A stretch of DNA of 64,000 nt from the IMG/VR virus record IMGVR_UViG_3300044797_000318, positions 64,001-128,000 of that record. One strand, 5' to 3'. The notes under the pieces were generated by a model. The model saw only the letters and a list, made by a program, of their open reading frames with translations, searched no databases and was not told the DNA's origin. The position numbers were made by a program, and so were the translations under genes. Position 1 is the first letter of the stretch, and each line of letters begins with the position of its first letter. The stretch comes from a virus. Of the stretch, positions 1-9,573 are shown one piece after another.

Positions 1-511
1 AAGAAGTGGATTCCAAACCTCCGAAAAGTTTTGAATTGCTATGCACCTCGGCCAATCCCGCCAACAATAAAGTGACGGCCTCGGGATGTTGAATGAACTC
101 TTCAATCTCGTCAGCTTTGATAGTATGAATTTTCATATCCCAACGAATGAGGTTGGCTACCGTTTGATTGGTGCTGACTGTTTGCCAAGTCTGATGAGAC
201 ATCTCGGAATGATTAGGAAAATGTCTGCGGCCCATTTCATCAATGGTCAGACAATAAGGTTTTCCGCAATCGTGAAAAATAGTATATTCCTCGATAATAT
301 CTTCGGGGAGTAATGCGGCTAATAATTGTTCTCGATACTCCGACATCCAGGTGGGCAATCTCCAACCCTGGCCAATGTGGTTCGTCTTCAAGAAAGAAAT
401 CAAATCGAAAATGTGCTCCTTGACGGAGAGACCGTGCTGATACACGGATTGGGTGTCCGTTTGAGGGCAGGCTTGCATATCAAGAATTAGTTGGTTCTAT
501 AAATGGCTCAT
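1..511 (-). CDS. HD-domain hydrolase-like protein, 3' end runs off the window; in-frame TAG at codon 5, alternative start at ATG 478
   Basis: Manual translation (absent from ORF track): MSHL*NQLILDMQACPQTDTQSVYQHG...IFHDCGKPYCLTIDEMGRRHFPNH; H...HDxGK pattern. Confidence 0.65.
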
Positions 512-553
512 GACAGTGTATATATCCTTTTATTGGTTGATTATATTCTCTAC

Positions 554-1192
554 TCATTTCTGAGTCCAAGTTTTATAATTTACGATATGACTTATATTTG
601 ATCTATGTGTATTGAACAGTATTGCTAACTCTGCTTGGTTTGCTTCATCATTTTCATACATAGATCTAATCTTCTCTACATCAGCCCAAGTTAAAACTGA
701 ATTGGCATGTTTCTCACCTAATTGTTTCCCCTTTTGGGCGGCGCTCATATTTTTACGAATTTTATCGGAAAACTTTTGACCAAAATTTTGGTTTCTTTCA
801 CCCAAATGACTTTCCCTTAATTTGATTATTGTCTCTGGCTTTCGTTTTAAGCCATAATTTGCACTATTAATTCCTGAACCACTACCAAGCCCACCAACAG
901 TTTCATTATATCCAAATTTTACATTTTTACTATTATAATAGGTAATCCAATAAGTTTCCGCCAAATAAGCTTCATCTTCATTGGAAAATGATTGGATTAA
1001 ACAAAAATCGAATTTATCAGCGCCATATTTTACTATAGCCGAATGTATAGCGTGAAATACTGTGGGATATTTTTCTTTTCCACCCTTGGCAACTCTTTTG
1101 TGCGTGATCCACCTATTGTGTAGATCATTAGTTTTACCAATGTAAAGTTTCCCATTAACAGTATTGAAAATCATATAAATATGAAATATCAT
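554..1192 (-). CDS. GIY-YIG homing endonuclease with NUMOD3-like repeats and C-terminal HTH
   Basis: HIYMIFN...LYIGKT, conserved E (AETYWI), GYN motif; starts 3 nt after the tmRNA CCA. Confidence 0.85.
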   Translation of the reverse strand: MIFHIYMIFNTVNGKLYIGKTNDLHNRWITHKRVAKGGKEKYPTVFHAIHSAIVKYGADKFDFCLIQSFSNEDEAYLAETYWITYYNSKNVKFGYNETVGGLGSGSGINSANYGLKRKPETIIKLRESHLGERNQNFGQKFSDKIRKNMSAAQKGKQLGEKHANSVLTWADVEKIRSMYENDEANQAELAILFNTHRSNISHIVNYKTWTQK

Positions 1193-1195
1193 AAT

Positions 1196-1545
1196 TGGTG
1201 GACGGCAGGGGAGTCGAACCCCTGTCCAAAATGCGAAAAATCAAAAGTCGTTACAGGTTTGGTTGATTAATGTAACCAACAACATTTGTAAATATCGCTT
1301 TACTAGCTATCTACTGTTTATTTAGTCGCTAATTCCGTAGCCAAATTAGAAACGAGCTTTTGTGGGTTTATGCCTCTACCAACTACCAAAACAATCTTAT
1401 TGGAGAGACACCAATTAGGCTGCTAGAGCCATTGGGGCTGCGTTATCGTTTGCAGTTACGTTTGATTGTTTTTTTTATAGGGATACAATCATCCCTAACC
1501 TGCGTTTTAATCTTTCTTACACCTTGTCGAAACCGGGAGCCGCCC
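1196..1545 (-). ncRNA. ssrA: tmRNA, one-piece, tag peptide ANDNAAPMALAA
   Basis: 5' GGGCGGC pairs with 3' GCCGUCC-ACCA including a G3:U wobble; T-arm AGGGG-UUCGACU-CCCCU; tag frame GCA AAC GAT AAC GCA GCC CCA ATG GCT CTA GCA GCC TAA at 1453-1415. Confidence 0.95.
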
Positions 1546-1585
1546 ATAAACTAAAACATCCAACTACATGGGAAGTAATCGGATA

Positions 1586-1659
1586 TGGAGCTAATGATGA
1601 GAATCGAACTCAGGTGACTGCGTTACGAATGCAGCGTAATACCACTATACGACATTAGC
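1586..1659 (-). tRNA. tRNA-Thr(CGT)
   Basis: Cloverleaf, anticodon loop TT-CGT-AA, TTCGA T-loop, encoded CCA. Confidence 0.9.
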
Positions 1660-1662
1660 CTA

Positions 1663-1875
1663 TTATTTTAGGCAATTTGTAGGATAACCCTTACAGTTTT
1701 TGATTATACTAATTGCCTCTAATCCTGCCCTTGGATTATCCCAAATCAATTTATCTACACTGTTATAAATGTTAATTCGCGCCTCTTCCCAAGAAGATGC
1801 ATAAGCTCTCATGTTCAAGGTACAAGGATTACCAACTTTATCTGTAAAATTATAAGAAAATTCATATAAATGCAT
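1663..1875 (-). CDS. small hypothetical protein between tRNAs
   Basis: ORF; start moved to the ATG immediately after the tRNA CCA. Confidence 0.45.
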   Translation of the reverse strand: MHLYEFSYNFTDKVGNPCTLNMRAYASSWEEARINIYNSVDKLIWDNPRAGLEAISIIKNCKGYPTNCLK

Positions 1876-1950
1876 TGGAGCTTTTTTCGGGAATCGAACC
1901 CGAGTCATTGTCGTACCAGGACAATATAATAACCATTATACTAAAAAAGC
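1876..1950 (-). tRNA. tRNA-Thr(GGT)
   Basis: Anticodon arm TTGTC-CTGGTAC-GACAA, TTCGA, CCA. Confidence 0.9.
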
Positions 1951-1951
1951 G

Positions 1952-2018
1952 TGGTAGCGGTCTCTCCCGCTTTGTCACGCCAATCTTGACGTTTAGCTAG
2001 TCTATTTCACCTAGTGAA
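1952..2018 (-). ncRNA. candidate small structured RNA with ACCA 3' end
   Basis: Hairpins ACGTCA-AGAT-TGGCGT and AGCGG-GAGAGA-CCGCT followed by ACCA, between two tRNAs. Confidence 0.5.
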
Positions 2019-2093
2019 TGGAGCCCGCAGTTGGACTTGCACCAACAATCTTCTGTTTACAAGGCAGAGGCATTGCTCTTATGCTATACGGGC
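2019..2093 (-). tRNA. tRNA-Thr(TGT)
   Basis: Anticodon loop CT-TGT-AA, variant T-loop TGCAAGT, CCA. Confidence 0.88.
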
Positions 2094-2170
2094 ACGGAGA
2101 CAGGGCTGAAAATGAACCCTATCACATACAATATAACCCTTTATTAGTAGGTGTCAAGGGGCACTAATTT

Positions 2171-2895
2171 TTATTTTTCGGGCGTATGGTTAGCGGCAAC
2201 TGCCCTACAAAACTCAAATACTTGTTCATCTGTAAAATTATTTCTTGCATAATTAGCCATCAAACTAACAAATCTCACATTGCCCTGCATATATCCTATT
2301 GCATTATCAATTCGATCTAAACTAGCATTACGAGGATCAGTTGAGTCGAAACATACGTGGGCATTTTTAGGGAGTATTAATTGCCATCCAGTGATTGGGC
2401 ATATTCCTAATTGAGTCTCCCATATTTTTTTTAGATAAACGGGTGTAATATTCGGAATCTCTTTTCTATTTTTCTCTAAATCTCTTCGTTTTACTTGTTG
2501 CACAAATAATTTAAAAGAAGAGTATTCATCTTTTCTATTATCTGGCACTAAATTTTTACTATTATCTCTTGGATAATCTTTATTATTCTGAATACTGGCG
2601 CAAGAAAGATTACAAAAGAATTTTGTTTGACCTTTCTTTACAAGCCAATTATAATCTTTTGTTGATTTCTGAAAAAGAGATTTACAATAATCACAAATAA
2701 GATTTACCTTAGAATAATTGTTATTTTTACCTTTATTATTTTCATAATAAATTTTATCATAATTATGCTTAATTCCATACTGTTTGCGATATTCTTTATT
2801 ACAAGCCTTACACCAGCCACCTTTTATTTTAAATTGCGATGGAGAATATTCTAATTCTTCTTTTCAGATTTACATCTAGAACAATATTTTTTCAT
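2171..2895 (-). pseudogene. Zn-finger/HNH-type endonuclease, frameshifted near 2862
   Basis: MKKYCSRCKSEK (start 2895) continues in another frame as EELEYSPSQFKIKGGWCKAC...CDYC..., contiguous with ORF 2171..2548 (CPITG, SLDRIDNAIGY..GNVRFV...N). Confidence 0.65.
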
Positions 2896-3682
2896 CACTC
2901 AAACCATCTTGTCGAAAAATATCTACCCCACCATTTTTTAAAATATTGCTCAAAAAACTTGTATCCTTGGTAAAGATAGGTAAATCTGTATTGAGATGCC
3001 ATTTGTTCTTCATCACGCCATCTACTACTTTGGGGACTTTATAACAAGCTGTGCCGCGCCTAAAAGAAGAAGGGTAGTCTGCATATTTGATATTACATTC
3101 TTGATCCAATAAATCAATTTTCTCATCTACATTCAATCCAGTCAGCATCTCTTTGATATTATTCTTATCATACTTATTGAGTAAGTTATAGAGACAAGCT
3201 GATTGAATAGAAGTATGAAAGTTTTGTTGTTGCTTATAGATAAAAGTATTGGTGGCCTCCCCTAAGGAAGGGACTACAAAAACTTGTGAAGTAAAAACAG
3301 GAGCTCCTGCTAAATTGAGCCCCATAGCAGTAGCACACTCATTGAAGTGCATAGAGGCAATGGCCGAGGTAATGGAACAAATCTTTTGCAATTTGTTATC
3401 ATACCAAGGGGCAGTATCATTGCTTTGATCATTGCGGGTGACAATGACAATCTCATCATTGTGTTGATAAGCAAACATAGCGCCTTCAATGTCCGCGCAC
3501 AAACGCAGCATCGTAGAAAGCAGGCACTCGGCAAATTTGTGGCAGTATGGCTTGTCCAGGAGCTGCGTTACTTTGGCAAAAGCTCGCCCATTGATGCAGA
3601 TGATAATCGGCACTCGCGCCAGCAGTTTGTAATCAGTATTGTTCTGATAGGAATTGATCCTGTCAGCTAATTTATTTCCCAT
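2876..3682 (-). CDS. tRNA(His) guanylyltransferase Thg1/TLP family protein, first catalytic Asp replaced by Asn
   Basis: PIIICINGRAFAK (canonical RLDGxxFxxF), YQHNDEI (YxQSDE), KLQKICS, FRRGT. Confidence 0.8.
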   Translation of the reverse strand: MGNKLADRINSYQNNTDYKLLARVPIIICINGRAFAKVTQLLDKPYCHKFAECLLSTMLRLCADIEGAMFAYQHNDEIVIVTRNDQSNDTAPWYDNKLQKICSITSAIASMHFNECATAMGLNLAGAPVFTSQVFVVPSLGEATNTFIYKQQQNFHTSIQSACLYNLLNKYDKNNIKEMLTGLNVDEKIDLLDQECNIKYADYPSSFRRGTACYKVPKVVDGVMKNKWHLNTDLPIFTKDTSFLSNILKNGGVDIFRQDGLSDEKILF

Positions 3683-3711
3683 AATGATGAATATAACTTC
3701 TATATATTGTA

Positions 3712-3954
3712 TTAGATATCACATGGCTTGCGCAGCATTTCTACGGGAACCACAGATTGTGGTTCAATTTGCTGACGGAGCTTAGCAGCTTCTATGGCAA
3801 GCTTTTGCAAGGCAGCTTTACCTTCCGGGCTGCCCAACCAAATCTTCAATTTCATAATTTTATTTTCCTTAGTCATCGACCCTTGATCTCCAACCATCCC
3901 ATTCGTGTTTTCGACGATAAGCTCGTCGGGCTTCTTGTTGTCTTTCATATTCAT
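3712..3954 (-). CDS. hypothetical protein
   Basis: ORF in minus-strand run; overlaps neighbour. Confidence 0.35.
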   Translation of the reverse strand: MNMKDNKKPDELIVENTNGMVGDQGSMTKENKIMKLKIWLGSPEGKAALQKLAIEAAKLRQQIEPQSVVPVEMLRKPCDI

Positions 3955-4171
3955 TTTCCATTTCACAAAAATATTTATAGGACTGGGCATCCATAGTCAT
4001 TTCGGTCATTTCGGTTATCTCGCCCGTCTCACCATCCAATACTTGAAAAATTACCATATCTTCTTCAAGGAAATCGAGCGCCTCTTGATCTTGTCGATAA
4101 TTTTCTTCTATTCCTGATTTCAGGCGATCTTGTTCTTCTTGCTCGGCTTTTTCTCCGTCTTCAATATTCAT
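3869..4171 (-). CDS. acidic hypothetical protein
   Basis: ORF preceded by AGGAG RBS. Confidence 0.6.
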   Translation of the reverse strand: MNIEDGEKAEQEEQDRLKSGIEENYRQDQEALDFLEEDMVIFQVLDGETGEITEMTEMTMDAQSYKYFCEMENEYERQQEARRAYRRKHEWDGWRSRVDD

Positions 4172-4181
4172 AAATCACTCC

Positions 4182-4370
4182 TTACCAAAACGCTTTTAGT
4201 TTGAGATATCTCTCAAACTCTTCTTGTGAATATTTTTTGCCATAGTGGAACCAATGAGAAGGGCCGGTGATAGGAATTACAAACCACAAATAACCAGGGC
4301 ATTTTTCACAAAGATGCCAACTACTATTGTTGAAAGTCCTCATTTCATCTTTACACAACAGGCATTGCAT
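4182..4370 (-). CDS. small CxxC protein with KLKAFW C-terminus
   Basis: CLLC and CEKC motifs; overlaps end of iscU. Confidence 0.6.
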   Translation of the reverse strand: MQCLLCKDEMRTFNNSSWHLCEKCPGYLWFVIPITGPSHWFHYGKKYSQEEFERYLKLKAFW

Positions 4371-4785
4371 TTTTAGCTAACTCTTGTTGTAATGCCTTTT
4401 TTCTTCTATAATCGGCAATAGCTGATTTAATCGTTTCCTCAGCAAGCAAACTACAATGTGCCTTAATTGGCGGGAGTTCTAGTGCCTCATAAATCTCTAC
4501 ATTTTTAATATTTTCCGCTTCTTCAAGTAGTTTCCCTTTAATTAATTCAGTAGTAAGTGACATAGATGCAATAAGACTTCCGCAACCAAATCCCTTAAAT
4601 ACCGCCTCCTCTATGATACCAGTTTCTGGATTTACTCTAATAGAGAGTTTAGAGACATCTCCGCAGGCCGGAGCACCTTCTAAACCAATACCTACATTTG
4701 GATCGTTCTTATCTAATGATCCTACATTACGGGGGTTCTCTGTGTGATCTAAAACGGCATCTGAATACGGCATGTTTTTATCCAA
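4351..4785 (-). CDS. iscU: Fe-S cluster scaffold IscU
   Basis: YSDAVLDH..NPRNVG, APACGD, FGCGS, LPPIKAHCS. Confidence 0.92.
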   Translation of the reverse strand: MDKNMPYSDAVLDHTENPRNVGSLDKNDPNVGIGLEGAPACGDVSKLSIRVNPETGIIEEAVFKGFGCGSLIASMSLTTELIKGKLLEEAENIKNVEIYEALELPPIKAHCSLLAEETIKSAIADYRRKKALQQELAKNAMPVV

Positions 4786-4829
4786 TCTTTACATTATACC
4801 AAAATATACGCCAGGTTATATAACTTGCC

Positions 4830-5582
4830 ATGACACCCGCAATTTCTATAATGATGGTTACCTACAATCGCCTCGACCTTACAAAAAAAATGATGCAAAG
4901 TCTGCAAGATACCGTGGGCCTATCGTTTCGACTAATTGTTGTTGATAATGGTTCCAAAGACGGAACGGTAGATTGGCTCAAACAACTTAGCCCTGACCCA
5001 CGATTTTGTCAAGGGGTGCATACACATTTTTTTGAAGAAAACCAAGGTATTGCCATTGGCAGAAACCAAGGACTACTAATTGCCAATAAATACAAAGATC
5101 CTTATCTTTGCACCGTAGATAATGATGTAGAGTTTCCACATCATTGGGACTTCCAATGTATAGCAATTATGCAAGCTAACCCCAAATATTCCATTGGTGT
5201 TTGCTTTGAGGAACCACCTCATTATTTACACCCACTTACCAGAAATGGTCAAACGTTTCAATATAAAAGCAAGGGTAATTTAGGGACCGCCTGTATGATG
5301 TTTGATCGAGAATTGCACGATAAAATTGGATATTTTACTACTGAGTATGAGCGCTATGGAGAGGAAGACGCCAACTGGGGATTTAGGGCAAGGTTAGCTG
5401 GCTATAACCTTGGTTACATAACACAGCCCGGAAAACATCTTGGAGTATCAGAATTAGATACGGGGGAGTATCGAACCTTCAAGGATGAGTGTCGTAAAAA
5501 AAATGTTGCTAAGTTTCAGCAGGATTGTTATGCTTATAGTTCTGGCAAAAAACCTATTTATATTCCATACATTGGAAAGTAA
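4830..5582 (+). CDS. glycosyltransferase family 2
   Basis: SIMMVTYNR, VVDNGSKDGT, DND, YGEED. Confidence 0.9.
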   Translation: MTPAISIMMVTYNRLDLTKKMMQSLQDTVGLSFRLIVVDNGSKDGTVDWLKQLSPDPRFCQGVHTHFFEENQGIAIGRNQGLLIANKYKDPYLCTVDNDVEFPHHWDFQCIAIMQANPKYSIGVCFEEPPHYLHPLTRNGQTFQYKSKGNLGTACMMFDRELHDKIGYFTTEYERYGEEDANWGFRARLAGYNLGYITQPGKHLGVSELDTGEYRTFKDECRKKNVAKFQQDCYAYSSGKKPIYIPYIGK

Positions 5583-5609
5583 TATTCTTACATTAGGGGT
5601 AGGGAAGTT

Positions 5610-6248
5610 ATGAAAAAATGCTCAAACTGTGGGGTAGAAAAAAATGATGATTGTTTCTACCCCAAAGAAAACCAGTGTAAAAAATGTAAATCTGATAAGA
5701 GAAAACAGTATTTACAAAAATTGGGTGAAGTAGGACAAAAGCAAAGGGCGGAATATTTTCGCACATATTGGCAACAGCATCCAGATGATATTAGGGCAAA
5801 TAATAGAAAATACAAAAAGAGTAAGAAAGCGAAAATTACAGCTAAAAATTTAAGAAAAAATCCGGCAATAAAATTACGACAAAATATATCAACTAACATT
5901 GGCTATCATTTACGAGTGAAAAACAGCTCAAAATACAATAAATCTATACTTCAAGCATTACCCTATACTATTCAAGAATTAAAAAAATATATCGAACAGC
6001 AATTTGAGCCTTGGATGACCTGGGAAAATTACGGATTATATGATGCTAAAACTTGGAAAGATGATGATCAATCAACCTGGACTTGGCAATTAGATCATAT
6101 TGTTCCACATTCTACTTTTGATTATACTTCAATGGAAGATCAGTCATTCCAAGACTGTTGGGCATTTAATAATTTGCGCCCGCTATCTGCTAAACAAAAT
6201 TTATTAGATGGTGTCAAAAGAATAAGACATGGCGGGTTAAATGTTTGA
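5610..6248 (+). CDS. HNH-type homing endonuclease with N-terminal Zn finger
   Basis: CSNC/CKKC; WQLDHIVP...NLRPLSAKQN; paralog of 31465..32133. Confidence 0.75.
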   Translation: MKKCSNCGVEKNDDCFYPKENQCKKCKSDKRKQYLQKLGEVGQKQRAEYFRTYWQQHPDDIRANNRKYKKSKKAKITAKNLRKNPAIKLRQNISTNIGYHLRVKNSSKYNKSILQALPYTIQELKKYIEQQFEPWMTWENYGLYDAKTWKDDDQSTWTWQLDHIVPHSTFDYTSMEDQSFQDCWAFNNLRPLSAKQNLLDGVKRIRHGGLNV

Positions 6249-8055
6249 TGGACACTACTTCCAGTGGAACTCCAAACGCATTAAAGGTATAATTGAGTTT
6301 TACGGATACAAGTTTTTCTATTTTAAAAGGCTTCTTGATTTAGGTTGCGGCCACGGTGATTTGGGTGGAGTATTATATCGCTTAGGTGCCAATGTTACTT
6401 GCGTGGATGCTCGTCAAGAACATCTCAAAGTGGTCAATAAAAAATATAATGGCATCAAAACGGTGCAAACCAACTTAGATGCTATGTGGCCTTTTCACGG
6501 ACAGAAGTTTGACGTTATCCTAGATTTAGGTTTGTTATGTCATTTATCCGATTTTGAAACTCATTTGAAAACGGTATGCAATGCTACCACTCATTTGATT
6601 TTAGAAACAGCGGTTTGCGATTCGGATGATCCTCAAAAAGTCGTTCTAATTGATGAGGATCGAGACTACGATCTCTCTTACAATGGTAAGGGTTGCCGCC
6701 CTAGCCCCGCTGCTGTTGAAAGAGTCTTGCGTGAATGCGGGATGAATATCAAGCGTTTGGATAATAGTAAATTCAATGCTGGCGATTATGTCTATGATTG
6801 GTATCCCAAAAACGATAACAGCACCAATTTATCCAAGCGTAGAATTTGGTTTGCCGTCAAAGAGAGTAGCCCTCTACAATTTGCTAACCCCGCTTCTGAA
6901 TTGGCTACCCCACCCATTATTATCCCTTCTGCTCCTTCCGGCCCCATTACTCCTATTCAGAATAGTGGAATAGCTGTCACGGCTAGCCCTAAACCTCCTA
7001 TGAGTTCTCGTATGGAGGCAGAGGCCCGAGCCAAAGCTAATTTTGTTTCTATAGCTCCGCCAGTCCCAGAACCAACTAAACCTGGTTCTCATTCTGGTCC
7101 TTACACAGCTCCCGAACCAAGTCCTATTCGCACTTATCAAAAAATACCCACCCTCAATGATAAGATCAGACGCGACAGCAAAGAATTCTCTCTGATAGAA
7201 GTAGATAATTTTGTTCCACCCGCTATCTCTCAACTTGGTGGCGTCATTTCGCCTAATACTTTTAGTTCTAGAATGTGGTATAAAAAGATTTGCCCACTTT
7301 TTCCTAATTTGAGACTGGCTAAAAATGTCATCTCTATGCCCGGTTTTGCCAAGAGCGATAAAATAGTAGATGTTGTTATGTGCTCTTTAGACAACTTGCA
7401 GCCCTATAAGAAAGTATGGATAGACGAATGGTTTGGCCCTGGCTTATCCACCGAGCATGTCAATGTCTTGAAGAGGTGTACTAGTATCATTACACCGTCT
7501 CTTATCAACGCACAAGAAATCTGGAAACATATTCCCCACGCGGCTATCACCCGAGTAGCTAAGCCATGGCCCTTACTTAGTGTTCCGCCAGCAGAAGGCA
7601 AATATTATTTGTATTTTGAGAAATCTACCCAGCTAACTCCGTTATTGTTCGAGGCTTGGGATCCTCAGTTTGGCAATTTAGTAGTTGTAGGAGCCAGCAC
7701 CAAGGCGCCAAGCTTCGTCACCTTCATCTCAGATACCGAGTCGTATGTACAAATTATGAAATTGATTATCGGGGCGCAAGCCATCCTTGATATTTCAGAA
7801 AATAATTATTATGCCTCCGGTATCAACAAATTAGCTACGGCCATTGGCGTGCCACTCATTACTAATAACCATATCAAGTTAGTTCCCAACAATACTTTGA
7901 TCCAACAAGATAAAGAAGTTTCTATTTATCCAAGGAAGGCTGATATCCATCAAGCCATCCAAAAGTTTATCGATAGCAAACCTCCTAGAACGGCCAGCAC
8001 TGAAAATTATAATAATTCCGTTATAGATAACTTCAAGAAGATTATGGGGCTATAA
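6241..8055 (+). CDS. class I SAM methyltransferase fused via a Pro-rich linker to a GT-B-like domain
   Basis: LLDLGCGHG motif I; Pro-rich middle; GVPLITN-type C-terminus. Confidence 0.7.
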   Translation: MFDGHYFQWNSKRIKGIIEFYGYKFFYFKRLLDLGCGHGDLGGVLYRLGANVTCVDARQEHLKVVNKKYNGIKTVQTNLDAMWPFHGQKFDVILDLGLLCHLSDFETHLKTVCNATTHLILETAVCDSDDPQKVVLIDEDRDYDLSYNGKGCRPSPAAVERVLRECGMNIKRLDNSKFNAGDYVYDWYPKNDNSTNLSKRRIWFAVKESSPLQFANPASELATPPIIIPSAPSGPITPIQNSGIAVTASPKPPMSSRMEAEARAKANFVSIAPPVPEPTKPGSHSGPYTAPEPSPIRTYQKIPTLNDKIRRDSKEFSLIEVDNFVPPAISQLGGVISPNTFSSRMWYKKICPLFPNLRLAKNVISMPGFAKSDKIVDVVMCSLDNLQPYKKVWIDEWFGPGLSTEHVNVLKRCTSIITPSLINAQEIWKHIPHAAITRVAKPWPLLSVPPAEGKYYLYFEKSTQLTPLLFEAWDPQFGNLVVVGASTKAPSFVTFISDTESYVQIMKLIIGAQAILDISENNYYASGINKLATAIGVPLITNNHIKLVPNNTLIQQDKEVSIYPRKADIHQAIQKFIDSKPPRTASTENYNNSVIDNFKKIMGL

Positions 8056-9008
8056 TGTTGAAAGTGCTTTATTTACCATTGGGAGACCAACCGGGGACAG
8101 AAGACGGTTTCCGAAATGTGGGAGCGGAATTAGAAGTTTGTCATTTTTGGAAAATCTGGGAACAAACCAAAAATAAGGCAACTATCGAAAACGATTTTTT
8201 GACTAAGGTAAGGCGTTTTCAGCCCCACCTCATTCATATGCAACTACAATTCACGGGAGTAGTGGAGGCACATACTTTGCACATGGCTCGTGCCGCCTGT
8301 CCCAGTGCCGTGATAACTAATTGGTCGGGTGATTGTCGAACCAGCGCCATTGGCGATTATACCAAAGTAGCCAATGCGGTAGATTTTTCCTTGATTTCCA
8401 GCACCGGGCAACTAGATATGTATCGAGGAGCCGGTTGCAAAAATATTACTTATTGGCAAATTGGATATGATCCCAAGAGTAATTTCCCAATGAACTTATC
8501 GGAATTTCAATACGATGCTGTTTTTATTGGTAATCACTATGGATTCACTTTTCCCGATGGAAATATTAGATTAGAAGCGACCAAATTTTTGTCTAGAACA
8601 CTTCCTAAGTTCAAAACTTTTGGAACTGGATATGGAGGGGGCATCCAACCCGTGCCATTCAAACAAATGAATGAAGTTTATAATAAAACCCTCTGTCCCA
8701 TTAGCATTAGCAATTTCAATAATGTTTCTCATTACTTTTCGGATAGATTACTTTATTGTTTAGCCTCTGGGCGTCCCACTATCTCTTGGTATTTCCCTGG
8801 CTGTGAGAGTTATTTTGTGGAGGGCAGTGAAATTTTTTACGCTCGTTCCAATCAGGACATTCTGGACATCGTCAATTATTGCAAGGCTAACCCCGACATA
8901 GCGAAACAAGTGGGCATCAATGGACATAAAAGAGTGCTCAAAGAACACACTTTTACCTCCCGAATTATTGAGCTCCTCAACATAACTAACTTGGCGCATT
9001 TGGTGTAA
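8055..9008 (+). CDS. CgeB-like glycosyltransferase
   Basis: DAVFIG, SDRLLYCLASG, G..RVLKEHTFTSR. Confidence 0.8.
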   Translation: MLKVLYLPLGDQPGTEDGFRNVGAELEVCHFWKIWEQTKNKATIENDFLTKVRRFQPHLIHMQLQFTGVVEAHTLHMARAACPSAVITNWSGDCRTSAIGDYTKVANAVDFSLISSTGQLDMYRGAGCKNITYWQIGYDPKSNFPMNLSEFQYDAVFIGNHYGFTFPDGNIRLEATKFLSRTLPKFKTFGTGYGGGIQPVPFKQMNEVYNKTLCPISISNFNNVSHYFSDRLLYCLASGRPTISWYFPGCESYFVEGSEIFYARSNQDILDIVNYCKANPDIAKQVGINGHKRVLKEHTFTSRIIELLNITNLAHLV

Positions 9009-9009
9009 A

Positions 9010-9573
9010 ATGATCAGACTTCTTTACAACTATTACGAAGACAAGAACCCCGCCAGAAAAAAAGAAATAGATTTCTGTCTTCAAAAGAATTTGGAAAATA
9101 ACCACCTTAATATGGTTATTATTGAAAGTGCGGAAAAACTTACCTATGATTTCTTTTTCAACCGCATCAATGAACTAACTGGGCCGGATGACATCAATAT
9201 TATTTGTAATTCAGATATCTTTTTTGACGATACCATTAGATTGGCTAGCCATCTCAAACACAATGCTTCCTTTGTCCTTAGCCGCTGGGACTATATCAAC
9301 GAACATAATATTAAATTGTTTGAGCGATGTGATAGTCAAGACACCTGGATTATAAGAGGATTTATCAAACATGTCAAAGGAGATTTTACTTTGGGTAAAA
9401 AGGGCTGCGACAATAGGATAGCTTATGAACTTTTAGACGCAGGATATAAACCTTCTAATCCTGCCCGATCCATCAAAACGTATCACGTCCATAATTCTAA
9501 TGTTAGGAACTATTCGCACAACGATACAGTTCACGGGAAATATCACCAAGTTCAGATAGGGAGTTTAACATGA
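9010..9573 (+). CDS. putative glycosyltransferase (GT-A-like)
   Basis: CNSDIFFD, SQDTW, GCDNRIA; cluster context. Confidence 0.55.
   Translation: MIRLLYNYYEDKNPARKKEIDFCLQKNLENNHLNMVIIESAEKLTYDFFFNRINELTGPDDINIICNSDIFFDDTIRLASHLKHNASFVLSRWDYINEHNIKLFERCDSQDTWIIRGFIKHVKGDFTLGKKGCDNRIAYELLDAGYKPSNPARSIKTYHVHNSNVRNYSHNDTVHGKYHQVQIGSLT

Noticed and set aside
1360-1554. Plus-strand 64-aa ORF
   Set aside because: Antisense to the tmRNA
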